NCBI RefSeq assembly: GCF_006345805.1
Contig: NC_043005.1
Location: forward strand, 45,570,001 to 45,634,000
Direction of reading: 5' to 3'
DNA: 64,000 nucleotides
DNA from: Octopus sinensis
Taxonomy: Eukaryota
Positions 1 to 11,830 of the stretch are shown piece by piece. Position numbers and translations under genes: made by a program. Numbering within the stretch: the first letter of the stretch is position 1; the number at the start of each line of letters is the position of its first letter. Under the pieces are notes generated by a model that was given only the letters and a program-made list of their open reading frames with translations, was not told where the DNA came from and made no database searches.

Positions 1-70
1 GTCGAACCGTCCAACCCATGCTAGCATGGAGAACGGACGTTAAACGACGATGATGATGATGATGATGATG
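1..70 (+). mobile_element. 3' end of SINE body type D with (GAT)n tail
   Basis: gtcgaaccgtccaacccatgctagcatggagaacggacgttaaacg followed by (GAT)n. The same tail recurs near 5820, 20380, 45720 and 47760, and reverse-complemented near 44540 and 61000. Confidence 0.75.
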
Positions 71-528
71 AATTGGGTTCTCATTAGAGGCAGCTCAGCT
101 TTTTTTTTCTGAATTAGCTAATTTTTCCCATAATGAGAGAGTTGATTTCTAATTAAGCAATGAACTCCATCACAAGAATTTAGATAGCAACACTGGGGAA
201 AAGTTACATATTGAACCATAAAAAAGTCTTGCATATTTTTCCTGTTCCATTATATTTGTAAAGTGTGTGTTAGCTGGTCACTTTCTTTACTTGAAAACCC
301 TAGTTTTTTTAGATTATTAGATATTTGATAACTTGATCATTTGCAGTAATGAATATAGATATAAACATAGACAGAGAAACTGTAGGTTTTGAAATAGTCA
401 TTTCTTTTTCATTGCATTTGAAAGAAATGTTTGCATCTTCATAGCATATATAAATATACATAAAAGTTAATCTTGCTCTCCAACTTAACATGAAGTTTGT
501 GCTATAACATAGAATACTGTGGTATTTA

Positions 529-884
529 GGGTAAAGGGTATAAGGGTAAAGATCCCCTTTGGTCATGAATGACCATGGGATTGCACTTCGAAAGTTACCC
601 TCCAAGGTACAAGTTTGGGCAAAGGTTTTATGGAAGACCAGCAGTTGCCCATGCATACCAGCCTCTCCTTTCCATGCCACTGATGTAATCCAAGGGAAAG
701 GCAAAAGCCAGTACAGCTTGGCACCAATGACATCACAGCTCATTTCTACAGCTGAGTGAACTGGAACAATGTGAAATATAGTGTCTTGCTCAAGAACACA
801 ACACACAGTCCAGTCTGGGAAGTGAACTCACTACCTCATGGTTGCAAGCCTAATGTTCTAACCACTGAGCCATGTGCCTTCATT
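529..884 (-). mobile_element. tRNA-headed SINE (type A head, variant tail ending in ACCCTTT-like repeats)
   Basis: 12-bp TSD ctgtggtattta at 517-528 and 885-896. The minus-strand head has A-box (tggctcagtggttag) and degenerate B-box motifs. Confidence 0.75.
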
Positions 885-1379
885 CTGTGGTATTTATCTT
901 GAGAGGATCTGTCATAAGGATTCATCATGCATAAAAAGCACATGTAATTATATTTTTGACAGAACTGCCAGATCAAGTAATTTCACTCTGCTATGGGTTC
1001 TTCAGTGACAGATGTCCAGCAGCATGATAACAGCCAAATCTTCCATCAATGATATGTAGAAGCTCAGTGTTTTTTCAGGCTATAATGTTGCAAATAGCCA
1101 GTAAGCTTATTAAAAAATAATTAATAGCAACAGAAGCAGTATTAGTACCAAAAGGTGATCTTGGTCTCCAACTTAACGTGAAGGCTGAGTTAGAACACAC
1201 AGTACTGTGTTATTTACCTTGAGAGGGTCTCTCATAAGTACACATGGTGATCTGGAAGCTCCAGTAGCCATAGCAGATGATTCTTGTCTGTCAACTATAT
1301 AATTACATATGCTTTTATGCACCACAAGTCCTTATGGGAAATCCTTTCAAGGTATCTAATGCAGTATACTGTGTTCTAG

Positions 1380-1853
1380 CACAACTCCCATGTCTTCATG
1401 TACTACCTGCCTGATAAGAAACTCAGACACTCCCATGTCCCTGACAATGAACCTGATTGACTTGGAAGGATCATTGTGACTCATGGCCTGGATCTCACCA
1501 ACAAATTCAGGAGTTCTTTTATCAGAATGATCAGGGTGAATTTTCTGAGCTGCTGTATCTTCATAATCACCATTAGACTCATCCAACTCTTTCCAAATCC
1601 TTTGCACTATCTTCAGATTGACTCCCAAACACTCTGAAATGTTCACACTGGAGCTTCTGGCATGAATGTCAAGTTGTGCAGCATGTTGTTTCCAAATTTC
1701 TGGCAGAGTGATTTGTGTCATGGTGCTGTTTTTCTCACTGATGGTGCCCAACTGCCCCTACTATACTGTGTTGTCGACAAAATCAAAAACAAACAATGTG
1801 CATGCGCGAAATTAGAAATATAAAACGGCACAATTTACTCATCGCACCCTGTA
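1380..1853 (-). mobile_element. 5' fragment of a Tc1/mariner-superfamily transposon (HTH region of the transposase)
   Basis: ORF 1356-1751 reads ...RTPEFVGEIQAMSHNDPSKSIRFIVRDMGVSEFLIRQVVHED, an HTH-like transposase N-terminus. The element begins TA|CAGGGTGCGATGAGTAAATTG on the minus strand at 1853. No DDD domain is present. Confidence 0.7.
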
Positions 1854-2142
1854 TATATGTAGTCAACAATGATTCTGCTTTTATATCAGGGTATGTCTTT
1901 CCTATCAATAGCATTCTATACATACACACACTACCTAGGATTGTAGCACTTGTACAAAATAGTTGTGATAATGAGAGGGTACATGAGAAGCAGATTTTTT
2001 TCTGTTATGAATGACCAAATTTGAACATTTCTTTTGAAAATATTACATTCTTCTATCTGCTGAAAATATTGCTGTTAACTTCTGCAGTATCTTAGTTAGC
2101 ATTGTACACATGTAGTATGCATTTAAGTATACAGATATGCAT

Positions 2143-2150
2143 GTATATAC

Positions 2151-2181
<31 letters not shown>

Positions 2182-2376
2182 TGTATGTATGTATGTGTGT
2201 GTGTGTGTGTGTGAATGTATGTATGCATGTATGTATGTATGTATGTATGTATGTATGTATGTATGTATGTATGTATGTATGTATGTATGTGTTTGTGTAT
2301 GCGTGTATGCATGCATGCATGCATGTATGTATGTATGTATGTATGTATGTATGTATGCATGCATGCAGTATGTATG

Positions 2377-2407
<31 letters not shown>

Positions 2408-2666
2408 TGTATGTATGTATGTATGTGTTTGTGTATGCGTGTATGCATGCATGCATGCATGTATGTATGTATGTTGTATGTATGTATGTATGTATGCATG
2501 CATGCATGTATGTATGTATGTATTATGTATGTATGTATGTATTATGTATGTATGTATGTATGTATGTATGTGCAACATACATATGTATATCTGTATGAAA
2601 GTATGTATGTATGTATACATGTTCTATATATGTATGCATATATATGTGTGTGCATGTGTGTGTGTG

Positions 2667-2730
<64 letters not shown>
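2143..2730. repeat. Compound microsatellite (ATGT)n/(GT)n/(ATGC)n/(TA)n
   Basis: Direct inspection. The block gtgtttgtgtatgcgtgtatgcatgcatgcatgcat is duplicated near 2290 and 2425. Confidence 0.95.
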
Positions 2731-2943
2731 TCTATGCATCTATGTATGTTTAAAGCCCCAAGAGGCTCATACAAACTGATATTTATCTATTGTATCATGT
2801 TGTTAAACTGATAAGAGGCAAACCTCTCTCTATCAAGGATGTCATTCTTTCAAACATGACATTCTAAGCTCTTGCTATTCATTCTAACAGATATGTGAAC
2901 TGAAGCTTGTAGAATTGAGTATTACCCACAGGATCATGTGGCA

Positions 2944-3084
2944 GACTTGAACTTACAGTCTGTTAATAGATCAGTTGCTACATTATCCAATCAGCTATTT
3001 CACTATCTCCTTATATTTAAAATTCATTTAAAAGCCTTAATAAAATTGATTAAAGAATTATCTCCCTTAGATTTGTTTCATTGA
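2944..3084 (+). pseudogene. Possible decayed leucine-rich-repeat remnant
   Basis: + frame DLNLQSVNRSVATLSNQLFHYLLIFKIHLKALIKLIKELSPLDLFH* resembles IxxLPxxLFxxLxxLxxLxL spacing. By-eye call only. Confidence 0.3.
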
Positions 3085-3484
3085 GTTACAGAAAACCAGT
3101 GATGTCTGAGATATGAGTGTTATTTTATACTCTTTTACTATATATTTGAGGTCTTAAATCAATATACTACATGAAGCAACTATGCTTCATGTAAAAAGGC
3201 TAATCTGGTGGAGGGAGGGGAAATGCTAAACAACAACAACTACATTATGCACAACATTTGCTTCATTTGTTTACATTAGGCACAAGACTGGCTGTTTGGT
3301 TAAGAAACTTGCTTTCCAACCATGTGGTTTCATGTTCAGTCCCACTGTGTGACACCTTGAACAAGTGCCTCCTACCCTAGCCCCAAGCCAATCAATGACT
3401 TGTGAGTAGATATGGTAGCCAAAGTTCACGTGAAAGCTTGTCATGTATATGCATGTACACACACTCACACACACACACACATAC

Positions 3485-3725
3485 ACAAGGTAGAGATCCA
3501 TCCTGAGTCATATAGGCTCATAGGGCCAGTTTCTGTAGCATATATATTCCCCACCTGGATGGGACACCAGTCCATCACAGGATTACTCATTTTTGCCAGA
3601 TGAGTGGAATGGAGCAACATGAAATGAAGTGTTTTGCTCAAGAACACAATGCATTGTCTGGTCCAGGAATCGAAACTACAATCTTATGATCATGAGTCCA
3701 ACACTCTAACCACTAAGCTACACAC
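3485..3725 (-). mobile_element. SINE type A head with 'gatggactggtgtcccatccagg' tail
   Basis: Reverse-complement match to the copies at 4584-4900 and 40065-40310. Confidence 0.7.
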
Positions 3726-3764
3726 CTACACACACACTATATATATATATATATATATGAGTTT

Positions 3765-3910
3765 TTTTTCCTCTCATTCCTTTCTATCAAAGAGTGTAGG
3801 CTCGAAACATAAAAGACTTTTCCATTCTTCCTGAGTGTTAAACTAATACACCTTCTTGTTGTTTCTTCACTTGTCTTCATCTTTTGTTTTCTGTAAATTT
3901 GAACTATATA
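3765..3910 (+). mobile_element. Penelope-like terminal fragment
   Basis: aagagtgtaggctcgaaacataaaagac..., with an inverted copy at about 49700-49860. The ...GAAAC motif after a short stem is typical of Penelope-like repeats (recalled). Confidence 0.4.
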
Positions 3911-4583
3911 TGTGTATCTTTTATCTTGGGAGGGTCGTTACACTGATGTCTTTGTAGTTTGCATTTGTTTTCCACCACAGCATGACAACCGGTGTTGGTT
4001 TGTTAACATCCCCATAACTTAGCAGTTTACAAAAAGAATCTGACAGAATATGTACCAGACTTCAAAAAAACAAATAAAACAAAAGCATTAATTTTTAAGT
4101 GCGGTACTTATTCTATCAATTGAGTTTGATTTGTTTGACTAAACTCTTAGAGGCAATATTCCAGTAATGCCGTACCCCAGTCCAATGACTGAAACACGTT
4201 AAAGACAAAAGATTAGCATTGTGGAAATACAACACAAGAAAGGTATGAAATTCACTTAATGCAGAATGTGGAGAAAGCAATATGTTTATTCAATACTAAC
4301 AGAAACTAACAGTTCTACTGTGATTATTTTCTCACAAGTACGTATATATATTTGCTATAAGGTCTTAACTATAGAGAGTCAATGTTATGTATCTGATATA
4401 TGGAAATTTCAGCTCTTAACTCATCTGTTATTGTTGTGCTAGGGAGAGTACAGAAAGTGATTTTCAATCCAAAGCACATAAGCTAAGTCTCTAAAGGTTA
4501 TTACAACATAAATCAACTTTTCGAAAGTATCATTATAAAAAAGAAAATAAGTATTGTTAGTGTGTCAGACAAGATGGTCAGTG

Positions 4584-4900
4584 TGGAGGCACATGGCCTA
4601 GTAGTTAGAGCAGCGGACTCACAGTCGAGGGATCGCGAGTTCGAATCTCAGACCGGACGATGTGGGTGTTTGTGAGTGAAACACCTAAGCTCCATGTGGC
4701 TCCGGCAGAAGGTAATGGCGAAACTTCTGCTGGCTCTTTCGCCACAACTTTCTCTCTCTCTTTCCTCCTGCATCTTGCAGCTCACCTACGATGGACTGGT
4801 GTCCCGTCCAGGTGGAGAACCTATATGCCAAGAAACTGGCAAAACCGGCCCTTATGAGCCAGGCATGGCTCGAGACGGAACAAACAACAACAACAAAATG
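4584..4900 (+). mobile_element. SINE type A head with V-SINE-like tail
   Basis: A box tggcctagtagttag and B box agttcgaatctc; tail cctacgatggactggtgtcccgtccagg; ends in (AAC)n. Confidence 0.75.
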
Positions 4901-5126
4901 TTTTGTGGTATTCTTTCTGGCTCTTAGTTCAAACCCTGCTGAGGTCAACTTTGACTTTCATCCTTTAAGGGTCAATTAAACAAAGTATCCATCAAGTTCC
5001 AAAATTTGTAATGATTTTTTTTTTTGTTAACATATTTACATAGTTTTTCATTAATTTATTTACTGGTTACAAAAAGTAAGCAGTAAGATATTTTAAAAGT
5101 GAAAGTAATAATAAATAAAACTAAAG

Positions 5127-5139
5127 GCACACACACACG

Positions 5140-5219
<80 letters not shown>

Positions 5220-5235
5220 CACATACACACACACA
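5127..5235. repeat. (CA)n microsatellite
   Basis: Direct inspection. Confidence 0.95.
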
Positions 5236-5614
5236 TGCCGGCACGTATACGTCATACCAAGATACACTAGTGTTCCTCTCTAAAGATTTCGGGGGCCACT
5301 CAAAACACTTATGACATTATCAAGAGTGATTGTGAGGCTTAGATTCTCAAAAGTCAGACACTCTCACTAGCATCATCTGATAGTTTGGTGAGAGAGGAAA
5401 TGCTTACAATGGCTAAAATTTCCCATTGAACATCCCAAATGCCAACATAGAAAAATGTAAATCACTGACAAATTAACATAATTTGAGTATTTTATTCAGT
5501 TCCGCTACAGATGTAGTGATCCACATTCCACAGAATTAAGAATGTATAATAAGGCAAAAAAATTGCTAACAGTGATATCCAAGGACCTTGTTTTGCAAGG
5601 TACTTGATGACCTG

Positions 5615-5985
5615 GTCAGTGCTGGTGCCACATAATAAAAAACACTGGTGATGGTGCCATGTTTACTGGCACTGGTGATAGTGCCATGTACAAAGCACTG
5701 GTAATGTTGTCATGTAAAAAGCACCCAGTACACTTTGTAAAGTGGTTAGTGTCAAGAAGAGCAACCAGCTGGAGTAAACATGCCAAAACAGACAATGGCA
5801 CCTGGTGCAGCTCCTGACCTTATCAGCTCCTATCAAACTGTCCAACTTGAGCTAGTATAGAAAATGGATCTTAAATGAATGATAATGATGATGATGATGA
5901 CAACAACAATGACGATGATGACAATGACAACAACAACAATGATGGCAGCAGCAGCAACAACAATGGCGATGATGACAGCGATGAT
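5615..5985 (+). mobile_element. SINE type D with internal subrepeats and (GAT/CAA)n tail
   Basis: Subrepeats of the form tggtgccacataataaaaacac, then the conserved gtaaagtggtt...ccagctg...catggaa...ttaaatga(tga)n tail. Confidence 0.65.
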
Positions 5986-7263
5986 ATCCCAAATGAGGTA
6001 TCTGCCTGAAGCCCACCAAATTTTCAGAATAATCCCTGTAGCTCCAGAAATGAGAGGATGCTTAACAGTAATGTTGCAACTCATTTCTACAACTGAGTGA
6101 ACTGAAGCAGCACAAAATAAAGTGTCTTGCTCAAGAACTCAACACACAGGTCGGTCTGGGAATCAAACTCACTACCTCAGAGCCCAATGCTCTAACCACT
6201 GACCCAGGTGCCTTCATGTATGGACGACTACATAACTCAATAATCAACACACATCTACTACTTGACTTGATGTTTCCCTGAATACATACCAGTCAGTTCC
6301 ACCACCTCTTCTTTACAACCTGTTTTGGTACTGTTATTCATCATTGTCATCAGGATCATCGTAATTTAACGTCTGTTGGATGGTTTGACTAGGGCTGTTA
6401 AGCTCGAAGGCTGTATCAGACTCTAGTCTGATTTGGCATGATTTCTATGGCTGGGTGCCCCTCCTAACACCACCACTCCAAGAATGTAATTGGTGCTTTT
6501 ACATACCACCAGCACAGATGCCTTTTGCATGACACCAGTATCTGCCATGACTGTGATTTCACTTGGTTTGACGGGTCTTCTTCTCAAGCACAGCATAATG
6601 TCAAAGGGCTTGGTCATTTGTCATTGCCTCTGTGAGGCTCAACACTAGTGCAGAGTAGGGATTGGTATCAAGTGCTGATCAGGTGTATGAGAATCTCTCA
6701 AAATAAGACATCATATTTATATCTGTCCAACAAAGAAATGGAAGTAGAAGGTTTGCTTATGTTTTTTTAAGATAAAAAAAAAAACAGGAGCTTGACTGAC
6801 CATTATCAGTTTTAGCCGGTCACATCAAGACCACAATTGTCCTCAGACCCTGTACTCTTGATGCTGATTTCCTTCAGAAAATCAGGGTAACTGCAATAAC
6901 TGGGTTCCATCTGAGAAATGATCCTTGCGAGGTGGGTTGGCTGTTACAGCAAGTGTTGCTGGTCATTCTCTAAAGTAACACCTTGGCAATCATGACCCTG
7001 AGGTGTGGCTGAACACGCCATTTGTTCTGGGGTGTGCAACCCATTACTGCTCTACCCCCATCTTCTTCTGCTTAATCCCTGCTCTTTCTTTTCATTTTTC
7101 TTTGTTTCCTTGAGAAGTTGTTATGGGGGTTTTTTCTCCCAATAATTTGATATTTTATACTTTTAATGCTCTTTTTCTTTATCTTCTTGCAAAAATATGT
7201 TGTTAATAAAAATTTATGATTTCCAAAACTAAATAAATAAATAAATAAAAACAAGACAAGACA

Positions 7264-7657
7264 TAGGCGCAGGAGTGGCTGTGTGGTAAGTAGCTTGTTT
7301 ACCAACCACATGGTTCCGGGTTCAGTCCCACTGCATGGCATCTTGGGCAAGTGTCTTTACTATAGCCTCGGGCCGACCAAAGCCTTGTGAGTGGATTTGG
7401 TAGACGGAAACTGAAAGAAGCCCGTCGTATATATGTATATATATATGTTTGTGTGTCCGTGTCTGTCCCCCTAGCATTGCTTGACAACCGATGCTGGTGT
7501 GTTTATGTCCCCGTCACTTAGCGGTTCGGCAAAAGAGACCGATAGAATAAGTACTGGGCTTACAAAGAATAAGTGCCGGGGTCGAGTTGCTCGATTAAAG
7601 GCGGTGCTCCAGCATGGCCGCAGTCAAATGACTGAAACAAGTAAGTAAAAGAGTAAG
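7264..7657 (+). mobile_element. Full-length SINE type B (most abundant family here)
   Basis: Head ggcgcaggagtggctgtgtggtaag...gggttcagtccc, internal TA/GT tract, tail ...gactgaaacaagtaagtaaaagag. Near-identical copies at 19027 and 50351. Confidence 0.85.
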
Positions 7658-7777
7658 ACAAGAGGTAGGAAGTATTCCAAGTTTCAAGTAGTACATATGT
7701 ACGAATTAAAATGTCATAGGGAAAATGTGCGTCTGAAATAATTTTCTGCAGTGACAGATGAAAAAGAGACACGAAAA

Positions 7778-8068
7778 TGTTACTATGACAGCTTGTCTAC
7801 TGAAGGATATACATAGAATATTAAAAACCTGTTCTTAGTAGAATCAATAGGATGGTTAGTAGATTAAAAAAAGAGAGAACTGCATGGAAAGTGGCATGTC
7901 TATCAGAGATTTGTGCTGATGTGTGAAAAATGTCAGGCTATGAGAGTACTATATGATTTACTAACTTTGTTAACCTATGAGAGTAACATGGTGTTATCAC
8001 CAGTAAATGATGTTGTGTCATTGTACACCGATAAAAGAGTAGAGATGTACCTGAGAAAGACAGTTTGA
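7778..8068 (+). pseudogene. Possible decayed TIR-domain remnant
   Basis: Single + frame CYYDSLSTEGYT*NIKNLFLVESIGWLVD*KKRELHGKWHVYQRFVL...SNMVLSP resembles the TIR order WV / LCVYxRDF / VLSP. Confidence 0.3.
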
Positions 8069-8129
8069 AGCTCTTTGCAATGCATCATTTTTGATTTCAA
8101 AATGTTGATGATACTACTATAACTGTCAT

Positions 8130-8366
8130 TAAGACGGCAAATTGGCAGAAACGTTAGCACGCCGGGCGAAATGCGTAGTTGTATTTTGTCTGTCGCTACG
8201 TTCTGAGTTCAAATTCCGCTGAGGTCGACTTTGCCTTTCATCCTTTTGGGGGTCGATAAAATTAAGTACCAGTTACGCACTGGGGTCAATATAATCGACT
8301 TAATCCATTTGTCTGTCCTTGTTTGTCCCCTCTGTGTTTAGCCCCTTGTGGGCAGTAAAGAAATAT
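8130..8366 (+). mobile_element. Full-length SINE type C
   Basis: 19-bp TSD atactactataactgtcat at 8111-8129 and 8367-8385. B box gagttcaaattcc; central ggtcgactttgcctttcatccttttgggggtcgataaaattaagtacca. Confidence 0.9.
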
Positions 8367-8409
8367 ATACTACTATAACTGTCATGGTGATCGACACTTG
8401 GCACCTGCC

Positions 8410-8870
8410 CATTGGTTCTAAACCATTTGTTTACCAATGGACCCCGTTTATAACTATTTTATTCTGGTGGACCCCCATAGCCATCCGATGGTTAAAAACT
8501 AATTTTAAAGATAATTCTTTGAAAATTCCTATTTTGTTTTGCACACAATCCTTTGTGTAGGCCCAACTATGTAAAATGTCAGAGAAAGAAACTGTTATAT
8601 CGCACATTCGGATGACCTCTACTCAACTCCTCGACGTCTAGACTTCTCTCTATATATCTACATATTGGGCTAGCCTACTTCATCATCTGGGGGTGTTGAC
8701 ACAACAGAAACCTAACTGTTTCTTGCAATAAATACATTTAAAGCAAAATTTTTTCATGAATCCATAAGATACTACTCTGTGGACCTGATTTACTATTTTG
8801 CATGTGTGGACCCCTAGAAAATTGTATATGGACCCCCAAGGGATCATATGGATCTCAGTGAAAACCACTT
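8410..8870. mobile_element. hAT-like MITE
   Basis: Ends cattggttctaaacc ... gtgaaaaccact (degenerate CAGTGGTTCTCAAC-type TIRs). A related internal segment lies at about 33715-33900. Confidence 0.5.
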
Positions 8871-8914
8871 CACTAGTTGATTAACTTGTGATATAACTCT
8901 TGGCACTGCATCTG

Positions 8915-9220
8915 TTACAACAATAAGGATTTCAGTTGATCCAATCAATGGAGCAGCCTGGTCATGAAATTAGCATGCAAGTGGCTGAGCACTCCACAGA
9001 CATGCATATCCTTAATGTAGTTCTCAAGAAGATTCAGCATGACACTATGTGATAAAGCTGACCCTTTGAAATACAGGTACGACTCATTTTTGCCAGCTGA
9101 TTGGTCTGGAGCAATGTGATATAAAGTATCTTGCTCAAGGACACAACACACTGCCAGAATCGACTCACAATCTTACGATCATGATCTGAATACTCTTACC
9201 ACTAAGCCATGCACCTTCAC
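8915..9220 (-). mobile_element. SINE type A (long tail)
   Basis: Reverse-complement similarity to 14102-14497. Confidence 0.75.
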
Positions 9221-10019
9221 TTAGTGATATGACTAACACATGCCTTATATAAACTCTCAACAACTATCTCTGATGTGTGTACTGCAATCTCTTCTTCTCT
9301 CTACAAACCAAGGTGGTGAGCTGGCCGAATTGTTAGCATGTCATGCAAAATGCAGAACCATCTTTAGGTTATGAGTTCAAATCCCGTCGAGGTTGACTTT
9401 GCCTTTCCTCCTTTCGGGGTCACTAAAATAAGTACCAGTTGAGCACTGGTATTGATGCAATTAACTTACCTCTTACCCTGAATTTGCTAGCCTCATGACA
9501 AATTTTGAAACCAATATGCTTACAAACCATAGAGAAACTAATTAAGTTAGCTGATCCTTCTTGGAGCCATTTTCCACCATCTTACTTTTCCACTTCATTC
9601 AACAACTTCTCATTCGTTACATCACTACACCTTTTTCTTATAAATATTACTAATGGCAAGCACACCTGTATAGTTTCTAACATATTTCTCCACCAATGAC
9701 ATGCAAACACACTGCCTCAAACTATAAGATCATACTACCCAAGCATATTGCATAGAACTTTAGAAAACCTCCTACACAACTTCTCGCCTGGCAAAATATA
9801 CCTGAAATCTTGCTTCTTACCAAGTCATCTGATATCATTCCTTGTTACTTTTTGCCTTCCACCCATTCCACACCTGTTGATTAGCTTTTATAGCCCTATC
9901 CACTATGATATTCAGTCACCATGTTATTTATGGCTTAGCTGGAGCCTTGTTCCATCCACAGAACTGGTCAGTGAGTTGAAACCTCTTCGAAATGAATGCC
10001 CAGGTGTATGCATGAGTGA

Positions 10020-10062
<43 letters not shown>

Positions 10063-11155
10063 AGCATGAGAGAGAAAGAGAGAGAGAGAGAGAGAATCAC
10101 CTTATCACCTTATATAGTCTATAGAAGGAGGGAGCTAGATGGTATCCAAAAAATAATTATTTCATCTAGGAAACAAGTCCATTACAAAATCTTTGATTGA
10201 GATAGAAGCAGTATATGAGCTGAAAAGTATTGTTTATGGCTATTTTAATGTTGCTGTCTTTTGAGATGACAATACTGCCATTTAACACCGGGAAGACATC
10301 TCCAGCTGGTTTATTCAGTGCACTCCTTGCATTCGATATCTATTGCAAGTGGGAGATAACTCCTGTCATCCTAGTTCCGAGACCATCAGGCCACATGGTT
10401 TCAATCTGTATTGGATCTCCTTCATGGTGGGCACTCATTTGCCAGGCTTGGCAGCAGTTTAACCTCGTTTGTAATATATGCAAAATACAGTGTCATACAA
10501 TCACTGATTTTATAACTAGGAAACTAGTCTGTTAGAAAACCTCTGTTTGAGATAGAAGCAGAATGTGAACTAAAAAATATTGCTTATCTTGTATTTCTGT
10601 CTGTATTTGTCCCCCACCACTGCTTGAAAGCTATTATTGATGTGCTTACGATCCATAACTTAGAAGTTCAGCAAAAAGAGACTGGTAGAATAAGCACTAA
10701 GTTAAAAAAAAAAAAAAGTACTAGGGTTTATTCATTCGACTAAAAGTTCTTCGAGGTGGTATCCCAGCATGGCCACAGTCTAACGACTGAAACAAGTAAA
10801 AGATAAGATATATGGTACACACATTGATCTCAACATCTACCACATTAATCTCACCAGACAAGGTGTGACGACAAGGATTACAGCTATTGCTTCACCTTGT
10901 TTTCATTAAGTATTGATAACATATTCATATAATATTCTGTGTTTACTGCATCTGATTTTGCAAATATTGCAAAAAAAAAAATCTTTTAAAAACATGTTTA
11001 ATGAATAGTTTCATGTCTATGATGCTCATGTACATAGACACATTACACAAACACACACACACATACTCACACAGATACACACACACATACATACACCCAT
11101 ACATTTGTGCAAATACATGCAGGACAGCTAGACATACACATGTGACTGTGAATCA

Positions 11156-11206
11156 AATTTCCTAAATTCACACCCATGCTAAGCATGGGTGTGAATTTAG
11201 GAAATT
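11156..11206. repeat. Perfect palindrome, 25-bp arms with a 1-nt spacer
   Basis: aatttcctaaattcacacccatgct-a-agcatgggtgtgaatttaggaaatt. Confidence 0.95.
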
Positions 11207-11221
11207 ATATATATATATATA

Positions 11222-11224
11222 CAT

Positions 11225-11261
<37 letters not shown>

Positions 11262-11292
11262 GATAGATAGATAGATGATAGATAGATAGATA

Positions 11293-11381
<89 letters not shown>

Positions 11382-11405
11382 TAGATAGATAGATAGATAA
11401 ATAGT

Positions 11406-11477
<72 letters not shown>

Positions 11478-11510
11478 CAGACAGGCGGACAGATAGATAG
11501 ATATAGATGT
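11222..11510. repeat. (GATA)n microsatellite
   Basis: Direct inspection. Confidence 0.95.
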
Positions 11511-11589
11511 TGATATATATACATATACATACATATATATATATACACACACACACACATATATATGTGTGTGTGTGTGTATGTGTATA

Positions 11590-11830
11590 TATATATATAT
11601 TATAGAAAATCCATTCTGTCTGTGTGTGTGTATCTTCTAGGATCTCGGGCATCCTCCATCCGATTGCGCTCAAATTTGATATGTAGATACTGATAGTATC
11701 AGGGCGTGTATAAGTCTTGAAAAAATTACAAAAATCAATTCCAGGTGAGAATGCAATCAATAAAGCCGTGGGAACGTGCATTTAAATGTTTGACAACTCA
11801 GCACCGTCCATGCAAGATAGTTACAGAAAA
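11590..11830 (+). mobile_element. Helitron-like non-autonomous 5' fragment
   Basis: TA-rich start, ctgtctgtgtg tract, then ccgatt...aaatttg. The architecture parallels the Helitron at 27751-28118, but no CTAG end is seen. Confidence 0.35.

Noticed and set aside
2043-2811. Long YIHT/MYVC ORFs (also near 11200, 16300, 24250, 53200, 54050, 59500, 60100 and 63200)
   Set aside because: Translations of stop-free microsatellites; not genes.
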